IMG/VR virus record: IMGVR_UViG_3300050142_000050 | Span: 32,001-96,000 of that record | DNA length: 64,000 nucleotides | From: a virus | Lineage: Duplodnaviria; Caudoviricetes | Strand: one strand, 5' to 3' | The notes under the pieces: generated by a model | Told to the model about the DNA's origin: nothing | The model's database searches: none | Seen by the model: only the letters and a program-made list of their open reading frames with translations | Part shown: positions 38,663 to 48,258 of the stretch, one piece after another | How positions within the stretch are numbered: position 1 is the stretch's first letter | Layout of the letters: the number at the start of each line of letters is the position of its first letter | Made by a program: the position numbers and the translations under genes

Positions 38663-38962
38663 TCAATGCGCCGGTTTATGCATTCGCCTCTGCACTTTGA
38701 GTAAGTGCACGTGTGCCATCTCCCTGGCGGCTGGTAGGAAGTATCGCCAGTTTGTCGGAGATGAACAGGAGGGTGAGACTGCACGTCGCTCGAGATAACG
38801 AGCAAGGTTCTCGATCCCACGATGATCTGTGGCTTTGGACACCAATGCGATGAACGTACAGTGTCGCGACCCTATCACCATAGCCAGGAGAAAGAGTGCA
38901 CAGACTAGTGCGATCAAGAGAGACATGATAGCGCTCATAACGGGGTCTCCGCATCCTGACAT
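38663..38962 (-). CDS. Possible small membrane protein (99 aa)
   Basis: N-terminal hydrophobic stretch; ends at the bidirectional hairpin. An overlapping alternative frame exists. Confidence 0.35.
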   Translation of the reverse strand: MSGCGDPVMSAIMSLLIALVCALFLLAMVIGSRHCTFIALVSKATDHRGIENLARYLERRAVSPSCSSPTNWRYFLPAAREMAHVHLLKVQRRMHKPAH

Positions 38963-39123
38963 CGCTGGTACTAATACGAGGTCAGGAGGTTAGAGGGGGA
39001 AGAATGCAGAACATTGCTATCCTGCACATGATGGTCTTCTCAAAGAGAGATAGATCGATGTAGTTTATTTAGATCTATAATGGGTATTACGTGTGACGAG
39101 GATTCTCAATGGAATCTTAGAGT

Positions 39124-39131
39124 CATATTAC
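39124..39131 (+). promoter_or_regulatory. Putative early promoter motif CATATTAC
   Basis: About 67 nt upstream of ATG 39198. Confidence 0.4.
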
Positions 39132-39197
39132 CATAGTGGATCGGGACATCCAGTCCTTACCCCAACGAAGATCCATTTTACAAAAGGAACACTAGCT

Positions 39198-39734
39198 ATG
39201 TCTTCCGTCCTCAACATTCGTCCTGTACCGCAGATCGGTCAGAAGGGTCGTTTCCATCCTGATACCATCCATGACCTGGGTGCTGATCATCTCAACGTCC
39301 TCTCGATCATGGTCGATGATGTCGCTCTGGCTCTGACCATCTTCCTCGAAGGTGACGGCAAGCGTCTCCACCCTTCCGACTATTCGGTCGTCAAGCAGAT
39401 GGAAACCGAACTGCGTTTCTTGAGTGGTCGTGCGACAGCTCGCTTCGACCTCGAAATGCGTGAAGGCGACAAGGGTCGCAAGCTCGACATCCGTGAATTG
39501 GTCTTGGGGATCTCCGATACTTCGAAGGAGATCAGCACCGGCCGGTTGGTCACCACTTCGACGGGCGTGTCCTACAACCAGTCGCTCCAGGATGTTTCGA
39601 TTGCATCCATCTTGGCTCTGCGTCCTCTGGTTGAAGATACCATTCTCAAGCTGACCGAAGCGTCGGTGTATGAACCCGCCCCTCGCACGGGTATCCTGGG
39701 TGGATTCATCGGACTGTTCGATTATACCCGGTGA
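39198..39734 (+). CDS. Hypothetical protein (178 aa), highly expressed codon pattern
   Basis: AAGGA RBS; C-ending codon bias like chimallin. Confidence 0.65.
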   Translation: MSSVLNIRPVPQIGQKGRFHPDTIHDLGADHLNVLSIMVDDVALALTIFLEGDGKRLHPSDYSVVKQMETELRFLSGRATARFDLEMREGDKGRKLDIRELVLGISDTSKEISTGRLVTTSTGVSYNQSLQDVSIASILALRPLVEDTILKLTEASVYEPAPRTGILGGFIGLFDYTR

Positions 39735-39805
39735 TCGTATGGACTCCAGTTAGGAGACCATGTTTCACAAAAGGAGGTGCATCCTCCTGAGTCTGGAGAT
39801 CACTC

Positions 39806-39991
39806 ATGTCCAGCATGCGCGAGCTTATGAAGGAATGCGCTGACACCCATATCGAAAATGGTGATAAGGTAGCTGGTGAAGCTATCCTGGTAGCCATCGA
39901 TGATATACGTGAGGCTAAGCGTAAGTTTCCTCAGAAGGTCACTGCGATCGACAATGCTCTCAACTACGCACGGAACGAAAGTCGGTTTTGA
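39806..39991 (+). CDS. Small hypothetical protein (61 aa)
   Basis: GGAG RBS; followed by a hairpin. Confidence 0.55.
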   Translation: MSSMRELMKECADTHIENGDKVAGEAILVAIDDIREAKRKFPQKVTAIDNALNYARNESRF

Positions 39992-40005
39992 GCATCAGTG
40001 ATTAT

Positions 40006-40033
40006 TAGGAGAGGGCTCATGAGCCCTCTCCTA
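40006..40033 (+). terminator. 28-bp perfect palindrome hairpin
   Basis: TAGGAGAGGGCTCATGAGCCCTCTCCTA. Confidence 0.6.
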
Positions 40034-40060
40034 TTCCATCCTTTATGTTTGAGGTCAAAC

Positions 40061-40150
40061 ATGCGAGATTTCTTTTTGATACTTTTCATCGTCGTTGTTT
40101 TGGGAGTGATACTCGGATGTGGTCCGAGCATCCTCGAATATGGAGGCTAG
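40061..40150 (+). CDS. 29-aa hydrophobic peptide not in ORF track (MRDFFLILFIVVVLGVILGCGPSILEYGG)
   Basis: GAGG RBS at 40051; its stop abuts the RBS/ATG of the next gene. Confidence 0.4.
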   Translation: MRDFFLILFIVVVLGVILGCGPSILEYGG

Positions 40151-40151
40151 T

Positions 40152-40484
40152 ATGGCTGCTGAACGTGAACGCTACAGTTATCAGGAAGTAGAACGCATTA
40201 CGCGCGAAGTCGAAAAGTGGGTGGACCGTAAGGTCTATGCCGTCTTCCAGGGTCGTGTCCTTAAGGGCATCGGTGAGATCGGTACTTTGTGTGACCGTAT
40301 CGGCGACAATGTCGAACTCAAGAATGCGATGACCCAGTATCATGACGTCGAAGGTCGATGGATCATCGTACCGGGTGTTACCTTCAGTGGTATCACGCAG
40401 GCGATCGAGTGCGATGTCGCTCAGTTCCGTATCTTTGCAGAATCGTTCGATATTTCGTTCGACTATATTTGGGGCAAGAAATGA
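40152..40484 (+). CDS. Hypothetical protein (110 aa)
   Basis: GGAGG RBS; ATGA-coupled to the next gene. Confidence 0.55.
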   Translation: MAAERERYSYQEVERITREVEKWVDRKVYAVFQGRVLKGIGEIGTLCDRIGDNVELKNAMTQYHDVEGRWIIVPGVTFSGITQAIECDVAQFRIFAESFDISFDYIWGKK

Positions 40485-40843
40485 TCGCTCGAATTCGCAG
40501 ACCCATCATCATCAGGACGACTAAGGGAAAGGCGTATATCGGTTCCCTGCGTTCGTCGAGTCACGCCAAGATCGTGCTCTCTGATGTCAGTGAGCTCTGG
40601 GTGCGAGGGTCGAGTACCGGAAGGGAAGCCTACGATCTGATATGCGGCCTGACGGGTACGGATATCGTCCCAGAGGTAGCAGAGAGGCTGACTGTGGCAC
40701 GCAGGTTCGATCAACGCGAATTCTCGCGCGATGAACTCAAGAGTGCCACCTATGGGATACCGGAGTGGGTAGTGAACCACTGTTCACTCCAGGAGCCAAG
40801 TCCGAAGGAACCTATCGATGTCAGGGACAAAGTCGACACCTAA
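40481..40843 (+). CDS. Hypothetical protein, possible Sm/SH3-like barrel (120 aa)
   Basis: IIIRTTKGKAYIGSL....IVLSDVSELW pattern; ATGA overlap. Confidence 0.5.
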   Translation: MIARIRRPIIIRTTKGKAYIGSLRSSSHAKIVLSDVSELWVRGSSTGREAYDLICGLTGTDIVPEVAERLTVARRFDQREFSRDELKSATYGIPEWVVNHCSLQEPSPKEPIDVRDKVDT

Positions 40844-41471
40844 CGGGACGGGATGTCTCGCTGTAGTGGGTACTGCCGGACGCGGAAACGATGCGATATT
40901 CTTGAATAGGGATGTCTATATCCGGATGGTAAGTGCCACGGTGAAGTTTATCGAATCGTTAGGGGATCTGAACAGGATTCGGTTAGTATCAGGAGGTGCA
41001 GCATGGACAGACCATATCGTAATAACGATGGTACTCCAACGAATAGTACGTCCTGAGAATGTGACTGTGTTTGCTCCATCGAAATTCGTCGAAGGTGAAT
41101 ATTACGGTACAGGGTATGCTGAAAGGACATCCCGTACTGCTAATCACTATCATCGTGAGTTCAGTAAAGCAGTCGGTGGTAATACCCTGACTGAGATTGA
41201 GACTGCGATTCACATGGGTATCCATTTCATACCTGGGTCTGGGGACTTTAAGGCTCGCAATACCCAGGTAGCCCGTTTCGTATCACCAGGAGGTCATCTG
41301 TTAGCCTTTACGATGGGTAGTAATACCAGTCGTCAAAAGCCGATGACTATCCATACCTTCGGGATGGATGATGATGCGATAGTCGGTGGACTCAAGGATG
41401 GGGGTACAGCCGATACTTGGAACAAGAGCAAGTGTGTCAAACATCATGCTAGGTTAGGGATCTGTTTATGA
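40818..41471 (+). CDS. SLOG-superfamily (YspA-like) protein
   Basis: AVVGTAGR, LVSGGAAWTD, ARNTQVA...LLAF, GGTADTW motifs. Confidence 0.65.
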   Translation: MSGTKSTPNGTGCLAVVGTAGRGNDAIFLNRDVYIRMVSATVKFIESLGDLNRIRLVSGGAAWTDHIVITMVLQRIVRPENVTVFAPSKFVEGEYYGTGYAERTSRTANHYHREFSKAVGGNTLTEIETAIHMGIHFIPGSGDFKARNTQVARFVSPGGHLLAFTMGSNTSRQKPMTIHTFGMDDDAIVGGLKDGGTADTWNKSKCVKHHARLGICL

Positions 41472-42034
41472 TCACGAAGACCATCCTTACTCTCTCGAGT
41501 GATATCCCTCGCGTGATTACATTCTTCAAGATACTGGTAGTTGTCGGATTGATTTCTATCGTCTGGAAGTTCACCGCATCGACATTGTTTGTGCGCAAGC
41601 TCAGACGGATGGAGAATCAACGCTCAGAGATGCAGGAGAATATCTACGACATCAATTGTGCGATCAAACTGATCAAAATGTGGGACGGCTACCACAGAGG
41701 TGAGCGGAGTAGCTTCCAGGTCAAGTACTGGAGGCTCTATGCCATCGGTGTGAAGTATCTCCACTATCCCACTGACTTCTACAGTTTTGGCTACGAGATA
41801 CGTGAGAAGGATTTACATCTCGTAATGGGGTGGTTGAAAACCAAGGGGATCGATATCGGTATCTCCAGGGTCAAGAGTAATCTGAACTACTTCATTCAGT
41901 ACAAGTCCGATGCCTGTATCGAGGACCTCATTCAGCGCAGGATGAACCTACATCGGGAATGTTCTAAGCTGGGTGAACAGATCAAGGAAATGACCACTCT
42001 GTCCAGAAAACATCCTTGGGAGCCCTTCCGATGA
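41468..42034 (+). CDS. Hypothetical protein with N-terminal TM helix and coiled coil (188 aa)
   Basis: ATGA-coupled on both sides; FFKILVVVGLISIVW. Confidence 0.55.
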   Translation: MITKTILTLSSDIPRVITFFKILVVVGLISIVWKFTASTLFVRKLRRMENQRSEMQENIYDINCAIKLIKMWDGYHRGERSSFQVKYWRLYAIGVKYLHYPTDFYSFGYEIREKDLHLVMGWLKTKGIDIGISRVKSNLNYFIQYKSDACIEDLIQRRMNLHRECSKLGEQIKEMTTLSRKHPWEPFR

Positions 42035-42405
42035 TTCGCGTCGGTAGTGAGCCGTTCTTGGAGTGTTCCTCAAAAGGTGAGAAGCGTCTGTCGTCTCTAT
42101 ATGCGAAGATAAGACGACGCAATAATCGAACCATCGAGGAACTCTATCAGAGGATGAAGATGATCCCAGATGGATCTGGTAATCTCCAACACAATCTCTC
42201 CTTCAGGGAGGCTAAAGGTAAAGTACCTGCCAATCTGGATCAGTGTAGGTCTTTCTTCAGCTTACTTTGGGATGAGTACATGGATGAGAATCCTGATCTC
42301 ATCGAGCTGTGTAAACAGTATAACGGATTCTCCGATATATTCGGTCAGCCCGGAAGCTGTTGTCAGGCAGTCGAAATCCATCGCATAGTTTCACAATACA
42401 GGTGA
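42031..42405 (+). CDS. Possible NADAR-like protein (124 aa)
   Basis: FLECSSKGEKRLSSLYA...TIEELYQRMK...LWDEY..ENP; resemblance from memory only. Confidence 0.45.
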   Translation: MIRVGSEPFLECSSKGEKRLSSLYAKIRRRNNRTIEELYQRMKMIPDGSGNLQHNLSFREAKGKVPANLDQCRSFFSLLWDEYMDENPDLIELCKQYNGFSDIFGQPGSCCQAVEIHRIVSQYR

Positions 42406-42442
42406 GGGGCACATGCCCCTCACCTGGTATCCTTTATTTTTT
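42399..42442 (+). terminator. Hairpin plus spaced TTTATTTTTT
   Basis: CAGGTGAGGGGC-ACAT-GCCCCTCACCTG. Confidence 0.7.
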
Positions 42443-42504
42443 ACATCTGAAACTAAGTACAAACCCTGATCGTATGGTTATAATCGAATTTATTGGAGTC
42501 ACGT

Positions 42505-42888
42505 ATGACAGACACTCCGTTTCCATTCAGTCAGGTGCATGTAGCAGCTATCTCGACCCCTCTTGCGACCAGTAGTTCCGGCAATGCGAGTTCCGCAACC
42601 ACTACTGGGGCATTCGCCCCTGAAGTAGGTAGGCCGATCTACCTCACAATATCGGCTCCCACTGGATCTCCCTATACGGGGACCGTCGCTATTCTGCGCA
42701 GCCGTGACGGTGGTACCACGAAGGAGAACATCACTCTGGGTGGTGATGTGTGGGGTAATTTCTCACTGACCGGTCGTAGCGGTACGATCTTCAATGAGAT
42801 TATCGACACTCCTGAGTCGTCATCTTTTACCTACTACATCCAACACCAGAGTTCTAGTGGTACCGCTACTATCACTCTGTACCAATAA
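42505..42888 (+). CDS. Small Ser/Thr-rich beta protein preceding the tailspike (127 aa)
   Basis: GGAG RBS; YTGTVAILRSRDGGTT motif. Confidence 0.6.
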   Translation: MTDTPFPFSQVHVAAISTPLATSSSGNASSATTTGAFAPEVGRPIYLTISAPTGSPYTGTVAILRSRDGGTTKENITLGGDVWGNFSLTGRSGTIFNEIIDTPESSSFTYYIQHQSSSGTATITLYQ

Positions 42889-42900
42889 GGAGGTTGTCGG

Positions 42901-45585
42901 ATGAGCAATATGACAATACCTTTCGTCAGACAGCGAATGTTCACTGTCTCCAAATTCTCTGACATTTCCAAGAAGGCTATCGCTGAAGAGGCGAGTGCTA
43001 TCTTGGTGACAGGTCATTCCGATATCGGAGTGGGTATGGCCTACTACGTATCGGATAGCAAGTGCACTAACGCATTGTTGGCTGCACACCCGCTGTTCGT
43101 GACACGTACCACCAATGGGAGGATCTTCCGTCTGGTGGGTGATCAGAGTGGGGTCTATCCTGAGCAAGCCGGTGTCATTAAGGATGATACCACGAAAGCT
43201 GTATCCAACGTCACTACCATGAAGGCACTCGTCGCCTATATGAGCGCGGTGGGTATCAAGGTACTGCGTGTTTCGGAAGGTACCATCCATCTGGATAACA
43301 CCACTCTGAGTGGTGGCATCGCACCGGCAGGAGATATCGACATCGTCGGTAATTCTCAAGCTGCTACTTTCAAGAACACCAATCCTGCGTCTGACGCGAA
43401 TGTCATCTTCTCGATCGTGGGTAATACCCGTATCCGGAATGTGACGATCCAAGGACGTGTGGTCGGTCAGAACAAGACCGGTGGCGGTCTGGAGAACTGT
43501 GTCATCATCGGAGGTCTCTCCAATGAGGTGCAGTATGAAAAGGTCGATATCGATCTGGCTGCACTCTTTACTTCCCCGACATTTGTCGATGAGACAAATG
43601 TTACCGCGCCTAATGACTACACGTGGTCTAAGACCGGCAGTGTGGTGAGTATGCAGCTCGACACTAACACGTCCATCCAGGGTCAGGTGCAGTATGGCCG
43701 CTATGCTAAGTCGGCTATGTTCGATGTCGATCCGACCAAGCGGTATGTGTTCTATTTCAACAAGGGCTTCTATACTGGAGCTGGTGCAGCAGTACCGATG
43801 ATCGAATGCTTCGATGCATCCGGTAACCCTCAGTCCATTTACATGGAAAAGATGCCATATACCACATCCACGGTGGATAACGTATATCAACCCAACGCCA
43901 CCGGTCAGGGTGTAGCTGACAATATGCCGGGTAACTGGCAGACTGCTCTCATCTATGGTGTATCGAAGATCCGCCTTACTCTGGGTGGATATCGAACCTA
44001 TGACACCCCAGCTGGTCTCACTGCGACATTCGATCTTTCAGCCATCACTATTCTGAAGCTGACGAATGACTTTGCGTCATGGTCGTTCTCGGATCTTCCT
44101 ACGGGTAAAAACCAGACGTTCTTCTACAACTGCGTGAACACATCGGTCCGCGACTGTACGTTCAAATATGTTGCTGGGTACACTGCTGGATTCGCATCAT
44201 GTACCGGCTGTGACTATACGGGTAACCGTGTGGTGACTTCCACCGGTGGTGTATCAGTTGACGACTCCAGGCAATGTGTGGTGGATGGTAACTACTTTGA
44301 CTTGAGGTTCAAGGATACCTTGGGTACTATCTACAGCACTCGGGCATATCGATGGAAAGCCATCAACGGTGCTCGGGTTAAGGATTGCACCTATAGGAAC
44401 AATAAGGCACTCGGTGCTTCTTGGGCCTATGAGATTCTACCCTACAGCACTACCAGTCGAAATGTGTTCGTCGCGAATGAAGCCATCTACGCGATGTGTG
44501 CTGCATCTCTCGGTACTGGTGACTGGGTGGTCAAGTCTCTGACTGGGTCAATCGTGGGCGATGGATGTATCGGTCTCGAACTCCCTGGAGGTACCGCGGA
44601 CACAACAGGTCCTCTGCCTGGCTACGAATATGCATACGTGGACTCGTGTACGATCATCTGGGACGACTTCACTGGATATCATGGTGTGGGCATCTCGTGC
44701 GCACAGGCTTATCGTCAGCGTATCCGAGACTGCTACATCGAAGCTCCTCTGATGATCCTGGCCAATGGTAATACCGACGGCGACGGTCTCGTGACGATCA
44801 GTGCAGTCAGTGGTCGATATGCGATGGGTGCTCTTCAGGTTCGTCAGAACACTGAAGTACATGCCTCGTTCGATCGGATTGTCGCATACAAACCGTCATG
44901 TACGCAGCCCCTCATAGCCGATGCTTCTATATTCTCGATCGGCTCTGGTAAGTATACCTATCGCCATTCCATTTCTGCAAACTATGTCGATGTGGGTATC
45001 GGTAAGTATGTTTTGGCATATGGCGGATATAAGGAGATCACCGTCTCCCTGAAGGAAGTGGTCAACACCGGACAATATCGGTATAACCAACCTTTCCGAT
45101 TCGACATGAATACTTCATGGGCCCAGACTGTCCGTCTTATCGACAACAACATCACCAACTCTCCGTCTGCCGGCACTCGAGCTTTCCAAATCGGCGGGAC
45201 GCCCAATGCTAGTTCGATCTTCTATATGAAGAACAATCGGTTGAAAGAGACCGAGATGGGGTGTCCTGGCGGTACTTACCCTCGCAATATTCTGCGTGGT
45301 GACTATCGCATGCGCGCTTATCTGACGAACATCGTACTAGGTACTATCAATCCATATAGTTCAATCGAAGTACCAGGTTTCACGCTCGATGGATTGACCT
45401 ATGGCTTCCAGCCCGTGACGTGGCAGTTTGCGAGCTACCTTCATAATGGGTTGGTGGATCTCAAGTTGGATGCGTATCCGACAGCTGAGGGGGTATTCAC
45501 ACTGGTGGTGCGCAACCTGAAGAACTCGGCCGTCACGCCGAGTACTCAGTCGATTGTGTGTCAGGCCTTCAACGTCGGTCTGTGA
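42901..45585 (+). CDS. Parallel beta-helix (pectin-lyase-like) tailspike/depolymerase (894 aa)
   Basis: Repeated N/D-x-x-I/V ladders (IRNVTIQG, LENCVIIG, VRDCTF, VDGNYF, IRDCYI); AAGGAGG RBS. Confidence 0.7.
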   Translation: MSNMTIPFVRQRMFTVSKFSDISKKAIAEEASAILVTGHSDIGVGMAYYVSDSKCTNALLAAHPLFVTRTTNGRIFRLVGDQSGVYPEQAGVIKDDTTKAVSNVTTMKALVAYMSAVGIKVLRVSEGTIHLDNTTLSGGIAPAGDIDIVGNSQAATFKNTNPASDANVIFSIVGNTRIRNVTIQGRVVGQNKTGGGLENCVIIGGLSNEVQYEKVDIDLAALFTSPTFVDETNVTAPNDYTWSKTGSVVSMQLDTNTSIQGQVQYGRYAKSAMFDVDPTKRYVFYFNKGFYTGAGAAVPMIECFDASGNPQSIYMEKMPYTTSTVDNVYQPNATGQGVADNMPGNWQTALIYGVSKIRLTLGGYRTYDTPAGLTATFDLSAITILKLTNDFASWSFSDLPTGKNQTFFYNCVNTSVRDCTFKYVAGYTAGFASCTGCDYTGNRVVTSTGGVSVDDSRQCVVDGNYFDLRFKDTLGTIYSTRAYRWKAINGARVKDCTYRNNKALGASWAYEILPYSTTSRNVFVANEAIYAMCAASLGTGDWVVKSLTGSIVGDGCIGLELPGGTADTTGPLPGYEYAYVDSCTIIWDDFTGYHGVGISCAQAYRQRIRDCYIEAPLMILANGNTDGDGLVTISAVSGRYAMGALQVRQNTEVHASFDRIVAYKPSCTQPLIADASIFSIGSGKYTYRHSISANYVDVGIGKYVLAYGGYKEITVSLKEVVNTGQYRYNQPFRFDMNTSWAQTVRLIDNNITNSPSAGTRAFQIGGTPNASSIFYMKNNRLKETEMGCPGGTYPRNILRGDYRMRAYLTNIVLGTINPYSSIEVPGFTLDGLTYGFQPVTWQFASYLHNGLVDLKLDAYPTAEGVFTLVVRNLKNSAVTPSTQSIVCQAFNVGL

Positions 45586-45594
45586 GGACTACTT

Positions 45595-45831
45595 ATGACT
45601 GTTTTCAAAAGCCGTATCAATAATGAAGAATTCGATGATTGTCTACTGGCGGTCAGTGGGATCACTATTCTCGAAGTGGCTATCGGCCATTTCGGTCATG
45701 ATGATTTCTACGTAATCGGACCGTCACCGATTGTCACGAATGATGTCAACAACCCTGTGGTGGGTGAGATTCCTCAGAGTGAGGAATTCCCCAACGCTAT
45801 CGTCACCAACATCGTGGCTCAACCGGAGTAA
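45595..45831 (+). CDS. Small acidic protein, tandem paralog A (78 aa)
   Basis: MTVF...EEFD...HFGHDDFYVIG. Confidence 0.6.
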   Translation: MTVFKSRINNEEFDDCLLAVSGITILEVAIGHFGHDDFYVIGPSPIVTNDVNNPVVGEIPQSEEFPNAIVTNIVAQPE

Positions 45832-45837
45832 TCTGTG

Positions 45838-46041
45838 ATGACCAAGTTCACGTGTAACAACACTGGTGAGGTCTTCGATACCGAAGAAGATCCTGCGGAC
45901 ATCAATACAGAAGTCGCTAAAGCCAAAGAACACTTTGGTCACAGTAACTTCTTTATGAGTGGTCTGACTGACGACACGCCTGTGTCGTACAAGAAGCCTG
46001 ATCTCAATATCTCCTTACCTGAGGAGCCAGCCCCTGAGTGA
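45838..46041 (+). CDS. Small acidic protein, tandem paralog B (67 aa)
   Basis: MTKF...EVFD...HFGHSNFFMSG. Confidence 0.6.
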   Translation: MTKFTCNNTGEVFDTEEDPADINTEVAKAKEHFGHSNFFMSGLTDDTPVSYKKPDLNISLPEEPAPE

Positions 46042-46092
46042 TCCATGGAATCTTATGGCCCTTTGTAAGGAGGGTACGTGAGGAGAAACACC

Positions 46093-46389
46093 ATGGACTT
46101 CAAGGCTGTAGCCCGTGCCTGGTTTGCTCGTCAGATTCGTCAGAAGTCGACATGGTTCGGCATTGTGTTTGTAGTCATTTCGGTCATCTTCCCGATTATC
46201 CGTGATGTACTGCTTCCTCACTTTCTGGCGAAGAATGAATCACTGAGTCCCTTGACCGTACAGGTTATCCAGTACGCGTCGATGGGGCTGGGTGCTCTCT
46301 TGGGGGTATTCAACGAAGAGGCGATCAAAAAGATCTCCTCTGATGTCGGAGCCGATCCTCCTACTGACGATACCGCAGCGCAACCATAA
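46093..46389 (+). CDS. Holin-like two-TM membrane protein (98 aa)
   Basis: Two hydrophobic helices, basic N-terminus, acidic tail; AGGAG RBS. Confidence 0.45.
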   Translation: MDFKAVARAWFARQIRQKSTWFGIVFVVISVIFPIIRDVLLPHFLAKNESLSPLTVQVIQYASMGLGALLGVFNEEAIKKISSDVGADPPTDDTAAQP

Positions 46390-46392
46390 ATG

Positions 46393-46437
46393 GTAGGGGA
46401 TGGGGCTTATGCCCCATCCCCTACTATCCTTATTTTT
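46393..46437. terminator. Bidirectional hairpin
   Basis: GTAGGGGATGGGGC-TTAT-GCCCCATCCCCTAC, between convergent genes. Confidence 0.7.
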
Positions 46438-46738
46438 AGATGATCTTCGGAATGATGATAGCGAGTATACTACTCACTACCATGGGTAGTACCCAGTCTA
46501 ACCATGGGTCTAGTTTTTTCCAGACTCTGATGTCGAATGGTGCCCACCAGGGCATGTTTGCGCGCTTACCTTGCCCGAGCATACTGATCCATCGATATTC
46601 TGCTTGGGTCCATTCTCTGGACGTGAACCACATGGAAGCGATAATCGCTCCTGATGTGTAGTCCTTCAGAATGTAGCCGAAGATGAGTTGGATGATTATA
46701 GTCAGGTAGATGTGAGACCAGGTGATAGATTTGAACAT
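46436..46738 (-). CDS. Small membrane protein with REWTQAEYRWI...RANMPWW motif (100 aa)
   Basis: Hydrophobic segments; the motif recalls a proteobacterial phage family. Confidence 0.6.
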   Translation of the reverse strand: MFKSITWSHIYLTIIIQLIFGYILKDYTSGAIIASMWFTSREWTQAEYRWISMLGQGKRANMPWWAPFDIRVWKKLDPWLDWVLPMVVSSILAIIIPKII

Positions 46739-46739
46739 A

Positions 46740-47201
46740 TCACTGACCTCCTGATGTGTTTGCGATGGATGTATCTCGAAACTCCTCGGCGATCTGAAGA
46801 TACCGAGGAGTGATGTCGAGATCCAGATTTTCGTAGAACTCGAGATCTTTGGTATTTTTCTCAGTCCACATCGGCACTAGACCTGTCGTGAACTTCAGAC
46901 TAGCCCAAAGGAGCTCTCTGGTCGGTAGATAGAATTCGAAGTGCCGAAACCGGGTCTTGCCGGGACTTACACTGTGGAGGAACTCCAAAGTATCGTCTGA
47001 CATGACGTGAGTGTCGAACTTGAAACCAAAACCTCTGAAGGTTCTGAAGTTCGAAGACTCCTTGGTTTTGATACATTGATCCTCGAAGAATTCAATGTCC
47101 GAGGTGGCTATGATGACATCGATGTCTTTTATAGCCGAAGGATCTCTCCAGGATGGAAGAGATTCGATCCGGAGAGATCCCGTCGATCCGATGACAATCA
47201 T
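46740..47201 (-). CDS. Possible minimal nucleotidyltransferase-like protein (153 aa)
   Basis: VIGS...KDIDVII (GS plus DxD) at the N-terminus. Confidence 0.4.
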   Translation of the reverse strand: MIVIGSTGSLRIESLPSWRDPSAIKDIDVIIATSDIEFFEDQCIKTKESSNFRTFRGFGFKFDTHVMSDDTLEFLHSVSPGKTRFRHFEFYLPTRELLWASLKFTTGLVPMWTEKNTKDLEFYENLDLDITPRYLQIAEEFRDTSIANTSGGQ

Positions 47202-47920
47202 GGTGCCCTCGCCACAATGATGGGTGTATCTGTAGATTGGAAGAAACCAATTGCCGGATCCCAGAATGTACCCCCGTTACTCCTACCGTACGACGCCACA
47301 CCATTGTCGGTGCAATAGTAGCCGGTAAAAGATTCGTAGTATATAAATGAGAATTCGGGTATACCGTCCGAGTCTGCGTCGTTCTCGAACTCCTGAGTAT
47401 ATCCGGTTATGAAGCCGTTTGCTAGGAACATGTACCGACTGGTGGGTAGGTCCTGAACAAGTGGACTAACCGGAGTGTATACCCTGGATACAACGAGGGG
47501 TTGAAAATTGAAGTTTGCCAGAAGATTACCCGAGGCATCACGTGTTTCGAACACGATGTCGGACGGTAGGCCCAGACTACTCTTCGCTTTGTCGTAGATG
47601 TAATAATCCACTACAAGATTTGGAGGAACATCTGAGCCTACCACCATGGCCACATTGAATGTCCATGTGCTACCGCTTTGTGCTCTACTGATCATAGCCA
47701 CGGACGCTTTACCGAGATTGTTACCTGGGTAGAAGCTGAGGAAAAGCATTGGTGCGGAAGCCAGATCTTCGTCCTGATACACGATAGATCGGATTCGAGA
47801 ATCGTAGCTTCCTATACCGTTGAAGACGATCTGACCTTTTTTGACCAAATGGACGTTGGAGCCGAGTTGATCGACAACTACTACACCATTTGTATTTCTG
47901 AATTCGACCACGGTTTCCAT
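47198..47920 (-). CDS. Tail-tip/fibre accessory protein (240 aa)
   Basis: Duplicated VEFRNTNG / VFETRDASG motif typical of small genes downstream of J-like fibres. Confidence 0.55.
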   Translation of the reverse strand: METVVEFRNTNGVVVVDQLGSNVHLVKKGQIVFNGIGSYDSRIRSIVYQDEDLASAPMLFLSFYPGNNLGKASVAMISRAQSGSTWTFNVAMVVGSDVPPNLVVDYYIYDKAKSSLGLPSDIVFETRDASGNLLANFNFQPLVVSRVYTPVSPLVQDLPTSRYMFLANGFITGYTQEFENDADSDGIPEFSFIYYESFTGYYCTDNGVASYGRSNGGTFWDPAIGFFQSTDTPIIVARAP

Positions 47921-47921
47921 A

Positions 47922-48257
47922 TCAGCAATATCCGTAGACTATGTTGGCACTACCACCGTTGACCCACGGTTGTAGGAGTTGGTAGGTGAGTCTCGCAGTG
48001 GTACTATTGACCCGCGATACCCAGGCATTGACTCCTACACCATTGGTCCCAAATGGGAGTGCCCATGGTGAAGCATTTGCGTGACAGGGGAAGTCCCGAT
48101 ACCAGGTATATTCACCAGCTGGGGTGTCACTCGTAGAATAGACTGATGGATGTACGTTTATTGAGAAGTTACCGAGAATTCTCCCCAGGGCGTCGTTATT
48201 ACCACACCAGAGAGTACCATCCGGTCCTCTTATCTCAAAGACCACTTCCATCGTCAT
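47922..48257 (-). CDS. Tail-tip accessory protein (111 aa)
   Basis: FEIRGPDG...IVYGYC; 1 nt after the fibre gene stop. Confidence 0.55.
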   Translation of the reverse strand: MTMEVVFEIRGPDGTLWCGNNDALGRILGNFSINVHPSVYSTSDTPAGEYTWYRDFPCHANASPWALPFGTNGVGVNAWVSRVNSTTARLTYQLLQPWVNGGSANIVYGYC

Positions 48258-48258
48258 A

